This document shows positions 16,060-25,376 of a stretch of 35,243 bases of DNA, piece by piece. This DNA comes from Acetobacteraceae bacterium (lineage in GTDB: Bacteria > Pseudomonadota > Alphaproteobacteria > Acetobacterales > Acetobacteraceae). Numbering within the stretch: position 1 is the first letter of the stretch; each line of letters starts with the position of its first letter. The stretch covers positions 1 to 35,243 of the forward strand of contig JANXRT010000293.1 of NCBI GenBank assembly GCA_025356735.1, written 5' to 3'. Both the position numbers and the translations under genes were made by a program. The notes under the pieces were generated by a model. The model did not search any database. It was not told the DNA's origin and saw nothing but the letters and a program-made list of their open reading frames with translations.

Positions 16060-18414
16060 TTACGTGCGTGCGGCCGCGATAGCCGCCCAGACAGCCTCTG
16101 GCGTCGCCGGCATGTCGATATGCCGTATCCCGAACTCCGACAGCGCATCGACAACCGCGTTCATCACCGAGGGTAGCGCTCCCGCGCAGCCGGCCTCGCC
16201 GCAGCCCTTGGCGCCGAGCAGGTTGGTGCGGGCGGGCACCGAGTGCGCGTCGAAGGCGAACGAGGGCGCATCGACAGCGCGCGGCAGGCAGTAATCCATG
16301 AACGAGCCCGTCATCAGCTGGCCGTCCTCGTCATACACGACGCGCTCGCGCAACGCCTGGCCGATGCCCTGGACGATGCCGCCATGGGCCTGCCCCTCAA
16401 CCAGCAGCGGATTGATGACGACGCCGAAGTCGTTGACCATCGAGTAGCGCACGACCTCGGTCTCGCCGGTATCGGGATCGATCTCGACCTCGGCGACGTG
16501 GCAGCCGTTCGGGAACGAGGACGGCGCGCCCTTGTAGATGTGGGCGACGTCAAGGGTCGTTGGCATATCCGGCGGCAGCTGCATGCCTTCCCGCAGTTTG
16601 GCCGCCAGTTCCATGATGCCGATGCCGCGGTCGGTGCCGGCGATGTTGAAGCGGCCACCTGAGAATTCGATATCGATCTCGGCGGCTTCCAGCACGTGGG
16701 CGGCGATCTTCTTGCCTTTGTCGATGACCAGGCCGCTGGCCTCGATAATGGCGCCGCCGCTGGTGATGATCGACTTGGAGCCGCCGGTGCCGCCGCCGGC
16801 GATGAGCTGGTCGCTGTCGCCCTGGATCAGCCGGATCTTGTCGAACGGCACGCCGAGCTGGTTGCTGAGCACCTGCGCGAACGGGGTGGCGTGGCCCTGG
16901 CCGTAATCCAGGGTGCCGGTGATGATGGTGACGGCGCCGTCCGGCTCGAACCGGATGCCGCCCATCTCCGCGCCTGGCGGGGCCGTGACCTCCAGGTACT
17001 GGCCGACGCCCAGCCCGCGCAGCTTGCCTCGTTTGCGGCTTTCGGTCCGGCGGGTGGAAAAGTTGTCCCAGTCGGCGAGGGCCAGCGCGTGGTCGAGCAG
17101 GGCCGGGAAGTCGCCGCTGTCGTAGTCGTTGCCGGACGGGGTGCGGTAGGGGAAGGCGTCGGCGGCGATGTGATTGCGGCGGCGCAGCTCGATGCGGTCG
17201 ATGCCCATTTCGGCGGCGGCGGTGTCGATCAGCCGCTCCATGTAGTAGTTGGCTTCCGGCCGGCCGGCGCCGCGGTAGGGACCGACGGGAGTGGTGTTGG
17301 TGAAAACGATCTTGGTGTTCACCTCGAGCAGCGGGGTGCGGTAGACGCCGATGCTGTTCTTGACCGCGTTGAGGGTCGAGGGCTGCGGCGTCGAGTTCGA
17401 CATCACCGCGCCGACATTGCCGAACCCGTTCAGGCGAAGCGCCAGGAATTTCCCGTCTTCATCGAGCGCCAGCTCGGCGGTGAAATCGTGGTCGCGGCCG
17501 TGGCTGTCGGACAGGAAGCTGTCGGAGCGCTCGTCGGTCCACTTCACCGGCTTGCCAAGCGCGCGGCCGGCGTGCAGGGCGCAAAGGTATTCGGGATAAA
17601 GTGACGCCTTCATGCCGAACGAGCCGCCAACATGGCCGGTCAGCACGTGGATGTTACCGGTTTTCGCGCCGAGCACCGAGCTGAGCATCTGGCGCATGCC
17701 GAACACGCCCTGGCAGCCGAGCCGTAGCGTCCAGCGATCGGTTGCCGGGTCGTATTCGCCAATCGCCGAGCGCGGCTCCATCTGTGCGACGACGATGCGG
17801 TTGTTGCGGATGCGCAGTTTGGTGACGTGCGCGGCGGCCGACATCGCCTTGGCGACGCCCTCGGCATCGCCGTAGTGGTAGTCGAGGATCAGGTTGTTCG
17901 GCACGTTGGGATAAAGCTGCGGCGCGCCGGGCTCGACGGCGAGCGCCGGCTCGGTGACAGCGGGCAGGGGGTCGATGTCCACCATCACCGCCTCGGCCGC
18001 GTCGCGGGCCTGCATCTGGGTCTCGGCGACGACGAAGGCCACCGGGTCGCCGACGTAACGGACGAAGTCTGTGGTTAGCGGCAGCTGGTCGGGCTTGGCC
18101 ATGTCCGAGCCGTCGCGGTTCTTGAAAGCGAGGCCCTTGGGCATCAACCCGAAGCCGGCGGCGACCAGGTCGGCGCCGGTATAGACGCCGAGCACGCCGG
18201 GCATCGCCGCCGCTGTTTCGGTGTCGATCGACAGGATGCGGCCGTGCGCGACCTGTGACCGGACGATGACGGCATAGAGCTGGCCAGACAGGGAAATATC
18301 GTCGGTGTAGCGGCCCTGACCCTGCAGCAGCGTGGGGTCCTCCTTGCGCGGGACCGGCTGGCCGATGCCGAATTTCAGGGTCGCCAGGCTGTCCGCATCC
18401 ATCGCAACGTTCAT
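16060..18414 (-). CDS. Xanthine dehydrogenase-family molybdopterin-binding large subunit (CoxL-like, non-form-I)
   Basis: N-terminus GQPVPRKEDPTLLQGQGRYTDD. Active-site loop region GPYRGAGRPEA, not the form-I VAYRCSFR type. About 784 aa. The ATG at 18414 is preceded by GGAG (alternative ATG 18426). The upstream part of ORF 16060..18711 overlaps mepA. Confidence 0.85.
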   Translation of the reverse strand: MNVAMDADSLATLKFGIGQPVPRKEDPTLLQGQGRYTDDISLSGQLYAVIVRSQVAHGRILSIDTETAAAMPGVLGVYTGADLVAAGFGLMPKGLAFKNRDGSDMAKPDQLPLTTDFVRYVGDPVAFVVAETQMQARDAAEAVMVDIDPLPAVTEPALAVEPGAPQLYPNVPNNLILDYHYGDAEGVAKAMSAAAHVTKLRIRNNRIVVAQMEPRSAIGEYDPATDRWTLRLGCQGVFGMRQMLSSVLGAKTGNIHVLTGHVGGSFGMKASLYPEYLCALHAGRALGKPVKWTDERSDSFLSDSHGRDHDFTAELALDEDGKFLALRLNGFGNVGAVMSNSTPQPSTLNAVKNSIGVYRTPLLEVNTKIVFTNTTPVGPYRGAGRPEANYYMERLIDTAAAEMGIDRIELRRRNHIAADAFPYRTPSGNDYDSGDFPALLDHALALADWDNFSTRRTESRKRGKLRGLGVGQYLEVTAPPGAEMGGIRFEPDGAVTIITGTLDYGQGHATPFAQVLSNQLGVPFDKIRLIQGDSDQLIAGGGTGGSKSIITSGGAIIEASGLVIDKGKKIAAHVLEAAEIDIEFSGGRFNIAGTDRGIGIMELAAKLREGMQLPPDMPTTLDVAHIYKGAPSSFPNGCHVAEVEIDPDTGETEVVRYSMVNDFGVVINPLLVEGQAHGGIVQGIGQALRERVVYDEDGQLMTGSFMDYCLPRAVDAPSFAFDAHSVPARTNLLGAKGCGEAGCAGALPSVMNAVVDALSEFGIRHIDMPATPEAVWAAIAAART

Positions 18415-18477
18415 CTTCCGCTCCATCTCGCTTGCCGTTCGGCGGAAGATGGAGTGGCACGAGCGGATCGGCAAGCG
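18412..18477 (-). promoter_or_regulatory. Structured 5' leader overlapping the SD and start codon of the molybdoenzyme gene
   Basis: Complementary segment pairs read directly from the sequence. 18421-18428 (CTCCATCT) pairs with 18447-18454 (AGATGGAG). 18429-18437 (CGCTTGCCG) pairs with 18469-18477 (CGGCAAGCG). Alternatively, 18412-18421 (CATCTTCCGC) pairs with 18442-18451 (GCGGAAGATG). These segments cover the GGAG SD and both candidate ATGs. Confidence 0.35.
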
Positions 18478-18487
18478 CCGTGGGCGG

Positions 18488-19324
18488 TCAGGAAGGGTTT
18501 TCGCCAGCCAAAATCGGGCGGCAGGCGGCGGGCATCGGCGGCGGCGGCTTTGGTTTCTCCGACGCGGGTGCGGGCGGCGCGTCGAGCTGCTCGAACCACC
18601 AGGCGAGGGTTGCATCGCAGCCATCGCCTGCCGGTGGCGGTGGTTGGGAAACGCACTCGGACTGGTCCGCCGGGCAGGCAAGGTGGATGTGCATGTGGGC
18701 GGCATGGCCATACCAGGGCCGGATGCGGCGCAGCCAGGCGCGGTTGCCGGTCACGCTGTCGCAGAGCTTGCGCTTGATCGCCGGGTTGACCAGCACGCGA
18801 TCAGTATCCGGCAGTTCGGCGGCCAGGCGCAACAGGGTGGCGGTGGCGGGGGACCAACGGTCTTCCAGCACGAAGCGGCGGTCCGGACGCACCAGCGTCG
18901 GCAACTCCACGGTCTCGCGCTCGGCTGAAGTCAGAGCGGGTTTCGGCCTGGTGTCGAGGCCGAGATCGATGTCGAGGCCAAGCTGGTGCGCGGCGTGGAC
19001 GCCGGAGATAGGGCCTCCGCGGGGCCGCGATATCTCTTCGACGTAGAGCTCGCCGATGCCGGCCGCCTGCGACTGGCGGCCCAGGAGCTGGACCGCGGCG
19101 ACCGTGGACGGTGCGCCCCAGAAGGCGCTGGCGGCAAGATGGATGGTCACGTAGCCGGGTCCCTGCGGCGGCAACTCGACTGCGCCGGCGATGCAGCCCG
19201 TGGTCGGGCCGCCGATTATGCGCACCGGTCCCGGTGCCGGGCCGGTTGCGGCGCCGACGATCAGCGCGGCGAGCAAGAGGGCGATGCGACGAGTCACGAT
19301 GGATTTATCCGCGTGCTCGCCCAA
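18488..19324 (-). CDS. mepA: Penicillin-insensitive murein endopeptidase (peptidase M74)
   Basis: Signal-like N-terminus RRIALLLAALIVGAATG. Motifs GPISGVHAAHQLGLDIDL and WYGHAAHMHIHLACP match the MepA metal-binding signatures as I recall them. Confidence 0.8.
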   Translation of the reverse strand: MGEHADKSIVTRRIALLLAALIVGAATGPAPGPVRIIGGPTTGCIAGAVELPPQGPGYVTIHLAASAFWGAPSTVAAVQLLGRQSQAAGIGELYVEEISRPRGGPISGVHAAHQLGLDIDLGLDTRPKPALTSAERETVELPTLVRPDRRFVLEDRWSPATATLLRLAAELPDTDRVLVNPAIKRKLCDSVTGNRAWLRRIRPWYGHAAHMHIHLACPADQSECVSQPPPPAGDGCDATLAWWFEQLDAPPAPASEKPKPPPPMPAACRPILAGENPS

Positions 19325-19458
19325 CAGAACCTATTGCGCCGGTGAATACAACTTCTGGTAGATTTGTTCGCCAAGACAAGTTACTCCTGGTGGTGGAGAT
19401 TGGCGTGCCTGGCACGAGTCGGGCCGCCTGAGTTTGAAATTAGCGCGAAAGGCAGGCA

Positions 19459-21720
19459 TTGAGCGCGGTCGGACACAGCCTACCCGATCCGATGTTCGGG
19501 CGCACGGCACCGATCGCCTCGCCGCGCGTCGTGCATCCGGCCGGGCTCGACCGGACATCCGGCCTGTCGCCCGGCGCCGCGTTCCAGGTCCTGCGCCGCC
19601 GCCGCCTTGTCTTCGCGCTGAGCCTGGTGGGAATCCCGGCGCTTGCCTGGATCGCGTTGCAGCAGGCGGTGCCGCGCTATACCGCCGCCGCCATGGTGCT
19701 ATACGAGCCGACCGCCTATGCCGCGCGCGAGCTGCAAAGCGTTCTGCGCGCCGATCCGACGACCGAGCCGGTGATAAGCAGCCAGGCGGAGATCGTGCGC
19801 GGATTGCCGATCGCCGCCCGGGTGGCAGCCGAATTCCATCTTCACGACGATCCAGAATTCAACGCGGCGCTGCGCCGGCCCTCCTGGCTCGCACGGTGGC
19901 TGGACCAGGCGAGGACACTGACGGCGTGGTGGCGGTCGGACGAGCTTCCGGCTTCGAGCGGCCCGGCTTTGAGCAGCGATACACGTGACGAGGTGGAAAC
20001 CGCGGTGCGGGATGCCATTACCGCCGGCACCGCCAAGGCGTCGCGGGTGCTCGAGATCGGGTTCGCCTCGAAAGACCGCCGGCTCGCGGCCGACGCCGCC
20101 AACGCGATCGCGCGGCTGTACATCCAGGATCAAATCGACACCAAGATCGCGGCGGTGCATCGCGCCACCGCGTGGCTCGACAACCGCGTGGTCGAATTGC
20201 GCCGCGACGTGCTCGGCGCCGAGAACCGCGTCGCCGCGTTCCGGGCCGAGCGGGGACTGGTGCGCGGTGTACAGGCCGGGCTCGACACGGAACAGGTCAG
20301 CCGGATCTCCGCCGACCTGATCCAGGCGCGCAACGACGCGGCGCAGGCCGAGGCACGGCTGGATGGGACCCGCCTGGATGGCGCGCGCGGGCGCTCGGGC
20401 GCGGCGTTGCAGGCGGCGGTCGCGCCTAGCGTCGGACCGGCGCGGCTGCACCTGGACCAGCTTTCGGCGCAGCTGCAATCGCTGCGCACCCGGCTTGGGC
20501 CGAACCATCCCGAAACGATCGCGGCGCGCAGCCAGCTTGCCGACCTGCAGCGTTCGGTCGGCGCCGAGATCGGGCGCGCCGCCGCCGCGGGAGAGGCCGA
20601 ACTGCGTGTCACGCGCGGGCGTGTCGCCGGCCTGGAGCAGGTTTTGGCGCGCGCTCAAACGGTCGTCGCGCGTAGCGAACAGGCGCAGGTGGCGCTCAAC
20701 GTCCTGGAACGCGATGCGGAGGCCTTACGCGCCCAGCTCGCGGCGGTGCTGGAGCGCATCCAGGCGACCGTGCGGCAGAGCGCGATCGAGCTGGCGGACG
20801 CACGGCTGATCTCCGCCGCGTTACCGCCGGCTCAGCCCAGCTTTCCGCGGAAAGTGCCGCTGATGGCGGCGGCGTGCGTGTTCGCGGTGCTGTTCGGGTT
20901 GTTTCTGGTCTATCTGACGGAAGTATCCGATGACACTTTTCGAAGTGGCGACGACGTTCGTGCAAGGCTCGGCCTACGTTGCTTCGCGCTGATTCCCGAG
21001 GTCGGCCGCCGGCAGCTTGGCGGCGTGCGGATCGATCAGTACGCGGCGCAGAAGCCGTTGTCGCCGTTCGCCGAGCAGCTGCGCGCGCTGCGGGCGGCGC
21101 TGTGGCTCGGCCCGCACCGGCCGCGGGTCATCGCCATCACCGCGGCACGGCCAGCCGAGGGCAAGACCACCGTGGCGCTGTCGCTCGGCCGGATCGCGGC
21201 ACTGGCAGGCGAGCGCGTCGTGGTGGTGGATTGCGACATCCGCCAGCCGGCGCTCGGCCGCATCCTGCATGCCGACGGCAATCTCGGGCTGGTGGACTGC
21301 CTGCTTGGCCACGGCGTGCTGGCGGAGATCATTTGCCGCGATCCAGTGACCAGCCTCGACTACGTGCCGGCCGGCGCGCCGGAGGCCAACTCGCTCGGGC
21401 TGCTGATGTCGGATGCGATGATCGACGTGCTGGCGGCGTTGCGGGAGCGCTACGACCTCGTGCTGCTGGATGCGCCGCCGGCCTGCGCGATGGCCGATGC
21501 GCGGGTGGTGGCGCGGATGGCCGATGCCACCCTGCTGTGCCTGCGCTGGCGCAGCACGCCGCGCGACGTGGTCCGCCACTCGCTCGAGCTGCTGGCCGAG
21601 GCGCAGGCGAGTTCGGTCGGCGTGGTGCTGACGCGGGTCGATGCGGAGGCGCATCTGCGCTCGGGCTACGCCGACGCCGAAGTCTATCACGCGCGCTACG
21701 GCGGCTATTTCCGTGCGTGA
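19459..21720 (+). CDS. Polysaccharide co-polymerase / BY-tyrosine autokinase (Wzc/ExoP/GumC-like)
   Basis: N-terminal Wzz-like domain with a TM segment, then a long coiled-coil periplasmic region and a second TM segment. The C-terminal P-loop domain has Walker A ARPAEGKTT, A' VVVVDCDIRQP and Walker B DLVLLDAPP. Tyr-rich tail SGYADAEVYHARYGGYFRA. TTG 19459 or ATG 19492 start. Confidence 0.8.
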   Translation: MSAVGHSLPDPMFGRTAPIASPRVVHPAGLDRTSGLSPGAAFQVLRRRRLVFALSLVGIPALAWIALQQAVPRYTAAAMVLYEPTAYAARELQSVLRADPTTEPVISSQAEIVRGLPIAARVAAEFHLHDDPEFNAALRRPSWLARWLDQARTLTAWWRSDELPASSGPALSSDTRDEVETAVRDAITAGTAKASRVLEIGFASKDRRLAADAANAIARLYIQDQIDTKIAAVHRATAWLDNRVVELRRDVLGAENRVAAFRAERGLVRGVQAGLDTEQVSRISADLIQARNDAAQAEARLDGTRLDGARGRSGAALQAAVAPSVGPARLHLDQLSAQLQSLRTRLGPNHPETIAARSQLADLQRSVGAEIGRAAAAGEAELRVTRGRVAGLEQVLARAQTVVARSEQAQVALNVLERDAEALRAQLAAVLERIQATVRQSAIELADARLISAALPPAQPSFPRKVPLMAAACVFAVLFGLFLVYLTEVSDDTFRSGDDVRARLGLRCFALIPEVGRRQLGGVRIDQYAAQKPLSPFAEQLRALRAALWLGPHRPRVIAITAARPAEGKTTVALSLGRIAALAGERVVVVDCDIRQPALGRILHADGNLGLVDCLLGHGVLAEIICRDPVTSLDYVPAGAPEANSLGLLMSDAMIDVLAALRERYDLVLLDAPPACAMADARVVARMADATLLCLRWRSTPRDVVRHSLELLAEAQASSVGVVLTRVDAEAHLRSGYADAEVYHARYGGYFRA

Positions 21721-21748
21721 CCAGATCGGAGCCTCTTGCCGGCAGGTC

Positions 21749-23131
21749 ATGGCACTCGTGCTGTCGGCCGCCCTGCTCGCCTGGCCGGCGGCGTGGAACG
21801 GCTATCCGCTGGTGTTCTCTGACACCGGAACCTATCTGTCGCAGGCGATCCACCATTATCTCGGCTGGGATCGGCCGGCGGTTTACAGCCTGTTCCTGTA
21901 TCCGCTGCACTGGCAGGTCACGCTTTGGCCGGTGATCGCGGTTCAGGCGCTGCTGACCGCGTGGACGCTGCATCTGACCCGGCGCGTGCTGTGGCCGGCG
22001 GCGCCGATCTGGTTCCTGCCGGCGGTCGCGGCGGCGCTCGCGGTGTTCACCTCGCTGCCGTGGCATGTCGCGCAAATCATGCCGGACGTGTTCACGCCGC
22101 TGCTGGCGCTGGCGATGGCGCTGCTGGTGCTGGCGCCGGCGCGGATGCGGCGAGGCGACCTTGTCGGGCTTGGGCTGTTCGCGACATTCATGATCGCCGC
22201 GCATCAGAGCCACGTGCCGCTGGCGGTCGCGCTGCTGGCTGCGCTGATGGCGTCGCGGCGGTTTCTTGAGCAACGAGACGGGTTCGGCAGGCGCCGATGG
22301 GTTGCCGTGATGCCGCCTCTGCTCGCCTGCGTGATCCTGGTTGCGATGAACATGGCGGGGCACGGGCGGATGTCGCTGTCGCCCTACGGCAATGTCTTCC
22401 TGCTCGCCCGGCTGATCGAGGACGGTCCGGGCATGACGGCGCTGCGGCAGAACTGCCCCGCCGCCGGCTGGCGGCTTTGCGACCAGCTCGACCGGCTGCC
22501 GGTGGCGTCCGACGATTTCCTGTGGCGCGACGACAGTGCCCTGGCTCACGCCGGTGGCGCCAAGCTGGTCTCGGGCGAGGCCAACGCCATATTGGCCGCC
22601 GCCTGGCGGGCGGACCCCGCCGGCATCGTCGGCGGGTTCTTCGTGCGGGCCGCGCAGCAGGCGGCGTCCTTCGCCACCGGCGACGGGCTGGAAGCCTGGC
22701 CGCGCACCGTCACGCCGTGGATAGCGCGGGATTTCCCTGCCCTCGAAGCGGATGCCTATGCGGCGTCGCGTCAGACCGCGGGTCGGATGGCGGTGCCAGA
22801 CTGGCTAGGCCGGCTGCATGTCGGCGTCGCCATCGGCGGCATCGCCGGCTGCCTGGCGCTGCTGGCGCGTCGGCGGCGGGACCTCGCGTCCGGCTTCGCC
22901 GCCGCGGCGCTGGTCGCGGTGCTGGCCAACGCCGCCATTACCGGCGGGCTGTCGGGGCCGCACCGGCGCTATCAGAGCCGCGTCGCCTGGCTGCCGGCCT
23001 TCGTCGTCCTGCTCGCCGTGCCGCCGATGTGGCCCGGCCGGGCACCGGCGCGAGAGACCGCCAGGGTGTGGCTTGCCGCCATCTCCAACCCGCCCCGGCG
23101 CCTCGACAGCCTTGTGCCCGGCGAGGGCTGA
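21749..23131 (+). CDS. Uncharacterised polytopic membrane protein inside the EPS cluster (possible GT-C-like transferase or polymerase)
   Basis: In-frame ATG at 21749 in ORF 21641..23131. About 6-7 N-terminal TM helices, with an acidic first-loop segment VFSDTGTY. A soluble region of about 150 aa follows, then about 2 C-terminal TM helices. I recognise no family. Its stop overlaps the flippase start (ATGA-type, 1 nt). Confidence 0.55.
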   Translation: MALVLSAALLAWPAAWNGYPLVFSDTGTYLSQAIHHYLGWDRPAVYSLFLYPLHWQVTLWPVIAVQALLTAWTLHLTRRVLWPAAPIWFLPAVAAALAVFTSLPWHVAQIMPDVFTPLLALAMALLVLAPARMRRGDLVGLGLFATFMIAAHQSHVPLAVALLAALMASRRFLEQRDGFGRRRWVAVMPPLLACVILVAMNMAGHGRMSLSPYGNVFLLARLIEDGPGMTALRQNCPAAGWRLCDQLDRLPVASDDFLWRDDSALAHAGGAKLVSGEANAILAAAWRADPAGIVGGFFVRAAQQAASFATGDGLEAWPRTVTPWIARDFPALEADAYAASRQTAGRMAVPDWLGRLHVGVAIGGIAGCLALLARRRRDLASGFAAAALVAVLANAAITGGLSGPHRRYQSRVAWLPAFVVLLAVPPMWPGRAPARETARVWLAAISNPPRRLDSLVPGEG

Positions 23132-24552
23132 TGCGGTCGTTCGGCAAGCCCGCGTGGTCGAGCCCGGTGTTCTGGTCTGGGCTTGAGGCGGTGGTCTCCG
23201 GCGGGCTGTCGCTGCTGTCGGTGTTCGTCGTCGCGGCCATCATCGGCCCGGCCGAGCTTGGCGTCGGCGCCGCGGCGGTGGCATCGCATATCCTGCTGTG
23301 GGTGACGGTCAACGCGCTGTTCGCCGACGCCATCGTGCAGCGCGCCGACCTGCCGGCCGGGGTGGTCTCCAGCGCGTTCTGGGCCGGCATCGGGGTCGGA
23401 GGCGGCGGGGCGGCGGTACAGCTCGCTTGCGGCCTGCTGCTCGCCGCCTCGTTCGCCGATGCGCGGCTGTGGCCGATGTCGGCGCTGCTCGCGACGGCTT
23501 TGCCGGTGGTCGGCGCGGCCGGCATCGTGCAGGGATTGCTGACCCGGCAGGGCCGCTACCGCGCTCTGGCGCTGCGCGCGATCGTTGGCCAGGGGTTCGG
23601 CACGCTGGCCGGGATCGCGCTGGCTCGGCATGGCGCCGGCAGCTGGGCGCTGGTGGCGCAGCAATGGGTGGTCTCGGTCGGCGGCGCCGCGACCCTGCTG
23701 CTAGGCAGCGGCTTCAGACCCGGTTGGCGCTGCCACCGAAATGATATTTCGACGTTGCTGCGCGTCGGCCTGCCGCTGACCGCCAGCACGCTGCTGATGC
23801 AGGGCCGCTACCGGCTGTTCGCGCTCGGCATCGGCGCCCTCGCCGGGCCGGCGGCGCTCGGCCAGGTGCATCTGGCATTCCGCCTGGTGGACAGCGCGCG
23901 CGAGCTGATGATGACCGCGCTGTGGCGGCTGATGCTGCCTGGCATGGCGCGCTGCCAGCACGATCGGGCGGCGCTGCTCGGTTGCGTCGACCGCCAGCTC
24001 GGCCGTCTCGGCTGGGTCGTGTTTCCGGTTTGCGGCGGCATGGCCCTGGCGATGGTGCCGATGGTGACGGCGCTGCTGCCGCCGGTGTGGCTGCCGTCGG
24101 GCGAGGCCGCCTTGCCGCTGATCGGCCTGATGGCCTTCATCCTCATCGGCTTTCCGGGCGGCGTCGCGCTGGTCGCCGGCGGCCAGCCGATGTTCGCGCT
24201 GTTCACCAACGTCGCCGGATTGATCGCCGTGCTGGCCGGGCTGCTTCTGTTCCAGCCCCGCAATCCGATCGAGGCGGTGCTGGTGTGGACCGGCGCGCAG
24301 CTTCTGACCAACCCCTACAACCTGGCGATGAACGCGCGCCGGCTGGCGGTCGGCTGGCTGCGGCCGATGTGCGCGGGCCTGCCGGCGCTGCTCACGACCG
24401 GCGCCGCCGTGCTGGCGGCGTTCGCGCTGGCCGGCAATGGGGCGGAGCCAGTGCGGTTGCTGGTCGGCCGGGGCCTGATCGCGGCTGCCGTGTTCGTGCC
24501 GGCGGCGTGGTGGCTGCGTACCCGCCGTCCGGCCTGGAGCCTTGCGCTTTGA
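23131..24552 (+). CDS. Oligosaccharide/polysaccharide flippase (Wzx-like, MOP superfamily)
   Basis: In-frame ATG at 23131 in ORF 22297..24552. 473 aa with 12 or more hydrophobic segments. The overall pattern matches the Polysacc_synt flippase families. It is translationally coupled on both sides. Confidence 0.7.
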   Translation: MRSFGKPAWSSPVFWSGLEAVVSGGLSLLSVFVVAAIIGPAELGVGAAAVASHILLWVTVNALFADAIVQRADLPAGVVSSAFWAGIGVGGGGAAVQLACGLLLAASFADARLWPMSALLATALPVVGAAGIVQGLLTRQGRYRALALRAIVGQGFGTLAGIALARHGAGSWALVAQQWVVSVGGAATLLLGSGFRPGWRCHRNDISTLLRVGLPLTASTLLMQGRYRLFALGIGALAGPAALGQVHLAFRLVDSARELMMTALWRLMLPGMARCQHDRAALLGCVDRQLGRLGWVVFPVCGGMALAMVPMVTALLPPVWLPSGEAALPLIGLMAFILIGFPGGVALVAGGQPMFALFTNVAGLIAVLAGLLLFQPRNPIEAVLVWTGAQLLTNPYNLAMNARRLAVGWLRPMCAGLPALLTTGAAVLAAFALAGNGAEPVRLLVGRGLIAAAVFVPAAWWLRTRRPAWSLAL

Positions 24553-25376
24553 CCAGAACGCGCGCGGCGTCGGGCGTGCGCCTGCTGGGAACCGACTTCC
24601 TCGATGCCGGGCTGGAAGCGGTCGCCGGGCGGCTTTGCGCGCGGCCGGCCGACGCGCCGTTCGGCTATGTCGTGACCCTCAACGCCGATCATCTGGTGCG
24701 GCTCGCGCGCCGGCCCGAGTTGCGGCCGCTCTATGATCGGGCGGCGCTGCGGCTGCTGGATTCGCGCGTCGTGGCGCTGCTGTGCCGGTTGCTGCGGATG
24801 CCGGCGCCGGCGGTCGCGACCGGCAGCGACCTGACCGAGCGGATACTCGCCGGCGGCCTCGACGCGGGCGAGAAGGTGACGATCATCGGCCTGGCGGAAG
24901 CCTGGCTGCCGGCGCTGGTCGCGCGCTGCGGCCTGGCGCCCCCGGCCCATTTCAATCCGCAGATGGGCTTCGAGCACGATCCGGCGGCGATGGCCGAAGC
25001 GGTGGCCTTCGTGCTGGCCCACCCGGCCCGGTTCGTTTTCCTGGCGGTCGGCTCGCCGCGCCAGGAGAAGCTGGCGGCGGCGATCGAGGCGACCGGCCAG
25101 GCGACCGGGACCGGGCTGTGCATCGGCGCCGCGCTCGAGTTCCTGGCCGGGGCATCACGCCGTGCGCCGGGCTGGATGCGGGTCGCCGGGCTGGAATGGC
25201 TGCACCGGTTGGCCGGCGATCCGCGGCGGCTGGCGCGGCGCTACTTGCTTGACAGCCCGGCGGTGCTGCCGATGCTGCTGGCGGAAAAGTTTTCGATTGG
25301 CAGGCGCGCCAGCACCTCAGCGCGCAACCTGGCGCCGGCGTGGCCGCGATGGGCGGTGTCGTTGCGGCGGAGATAG
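24549..25376 (+). CDS. WecB/TagA/CpsF-family glycosyltransferase (GT26)
   Basis: Characteristic segments VVTLNADHLV, FVFLAVGSPRQEKL, GIGAALEFLAG and PGWMRVAGLEWLHRLAGDPRRLARRYL. TTG 24549 overlaps the flippase stop. Alternative start GTG 24576. Confidence 0.75.
   Translation: MTRTRAASGVRLLGTDFLDAGLEAVAGRLCARPADAPFGYVVTLNADHLVRLARRPELRPLYDRAALRLLDSRVVALLCRLLRMPAPAVATGSDLTERILAGGLDAGEKVTIIGLAEAWLPALVARCGLAPPAHFNPQMGFEHDPAAMAEAVAFVLAHPARFVFLAVGSPRQEKLAAAIEATGQATGTGLCIGAALEFLAGASRRAPGWMRVAGLEWLHRLAGDPRRLARRYLLDSPAVLPMLLAEKFSIGRRASTSARNLAPAWPRWAVSLRRR

Noticed and set aside
18415-18487. Moco riboswitch upstream of the molybdoenzyme gene
   Set aside because: Only about 73 nt are available between the mepA stop and the start codon. 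That is much shorter than the Moco RNA motif, and I do not see its conserved features. I report it only as a generic structured leader.
21329-22549. 406-aa minus-strand ORF. Also the 318-aa and 751-aa plus-strand ORF extensions in the EPS region
   Set aside because: These are shadow frames or upstream read-through of real genes. Their Arg/Pro/His-rich translations contrast with the motif-bearing frames I chose.
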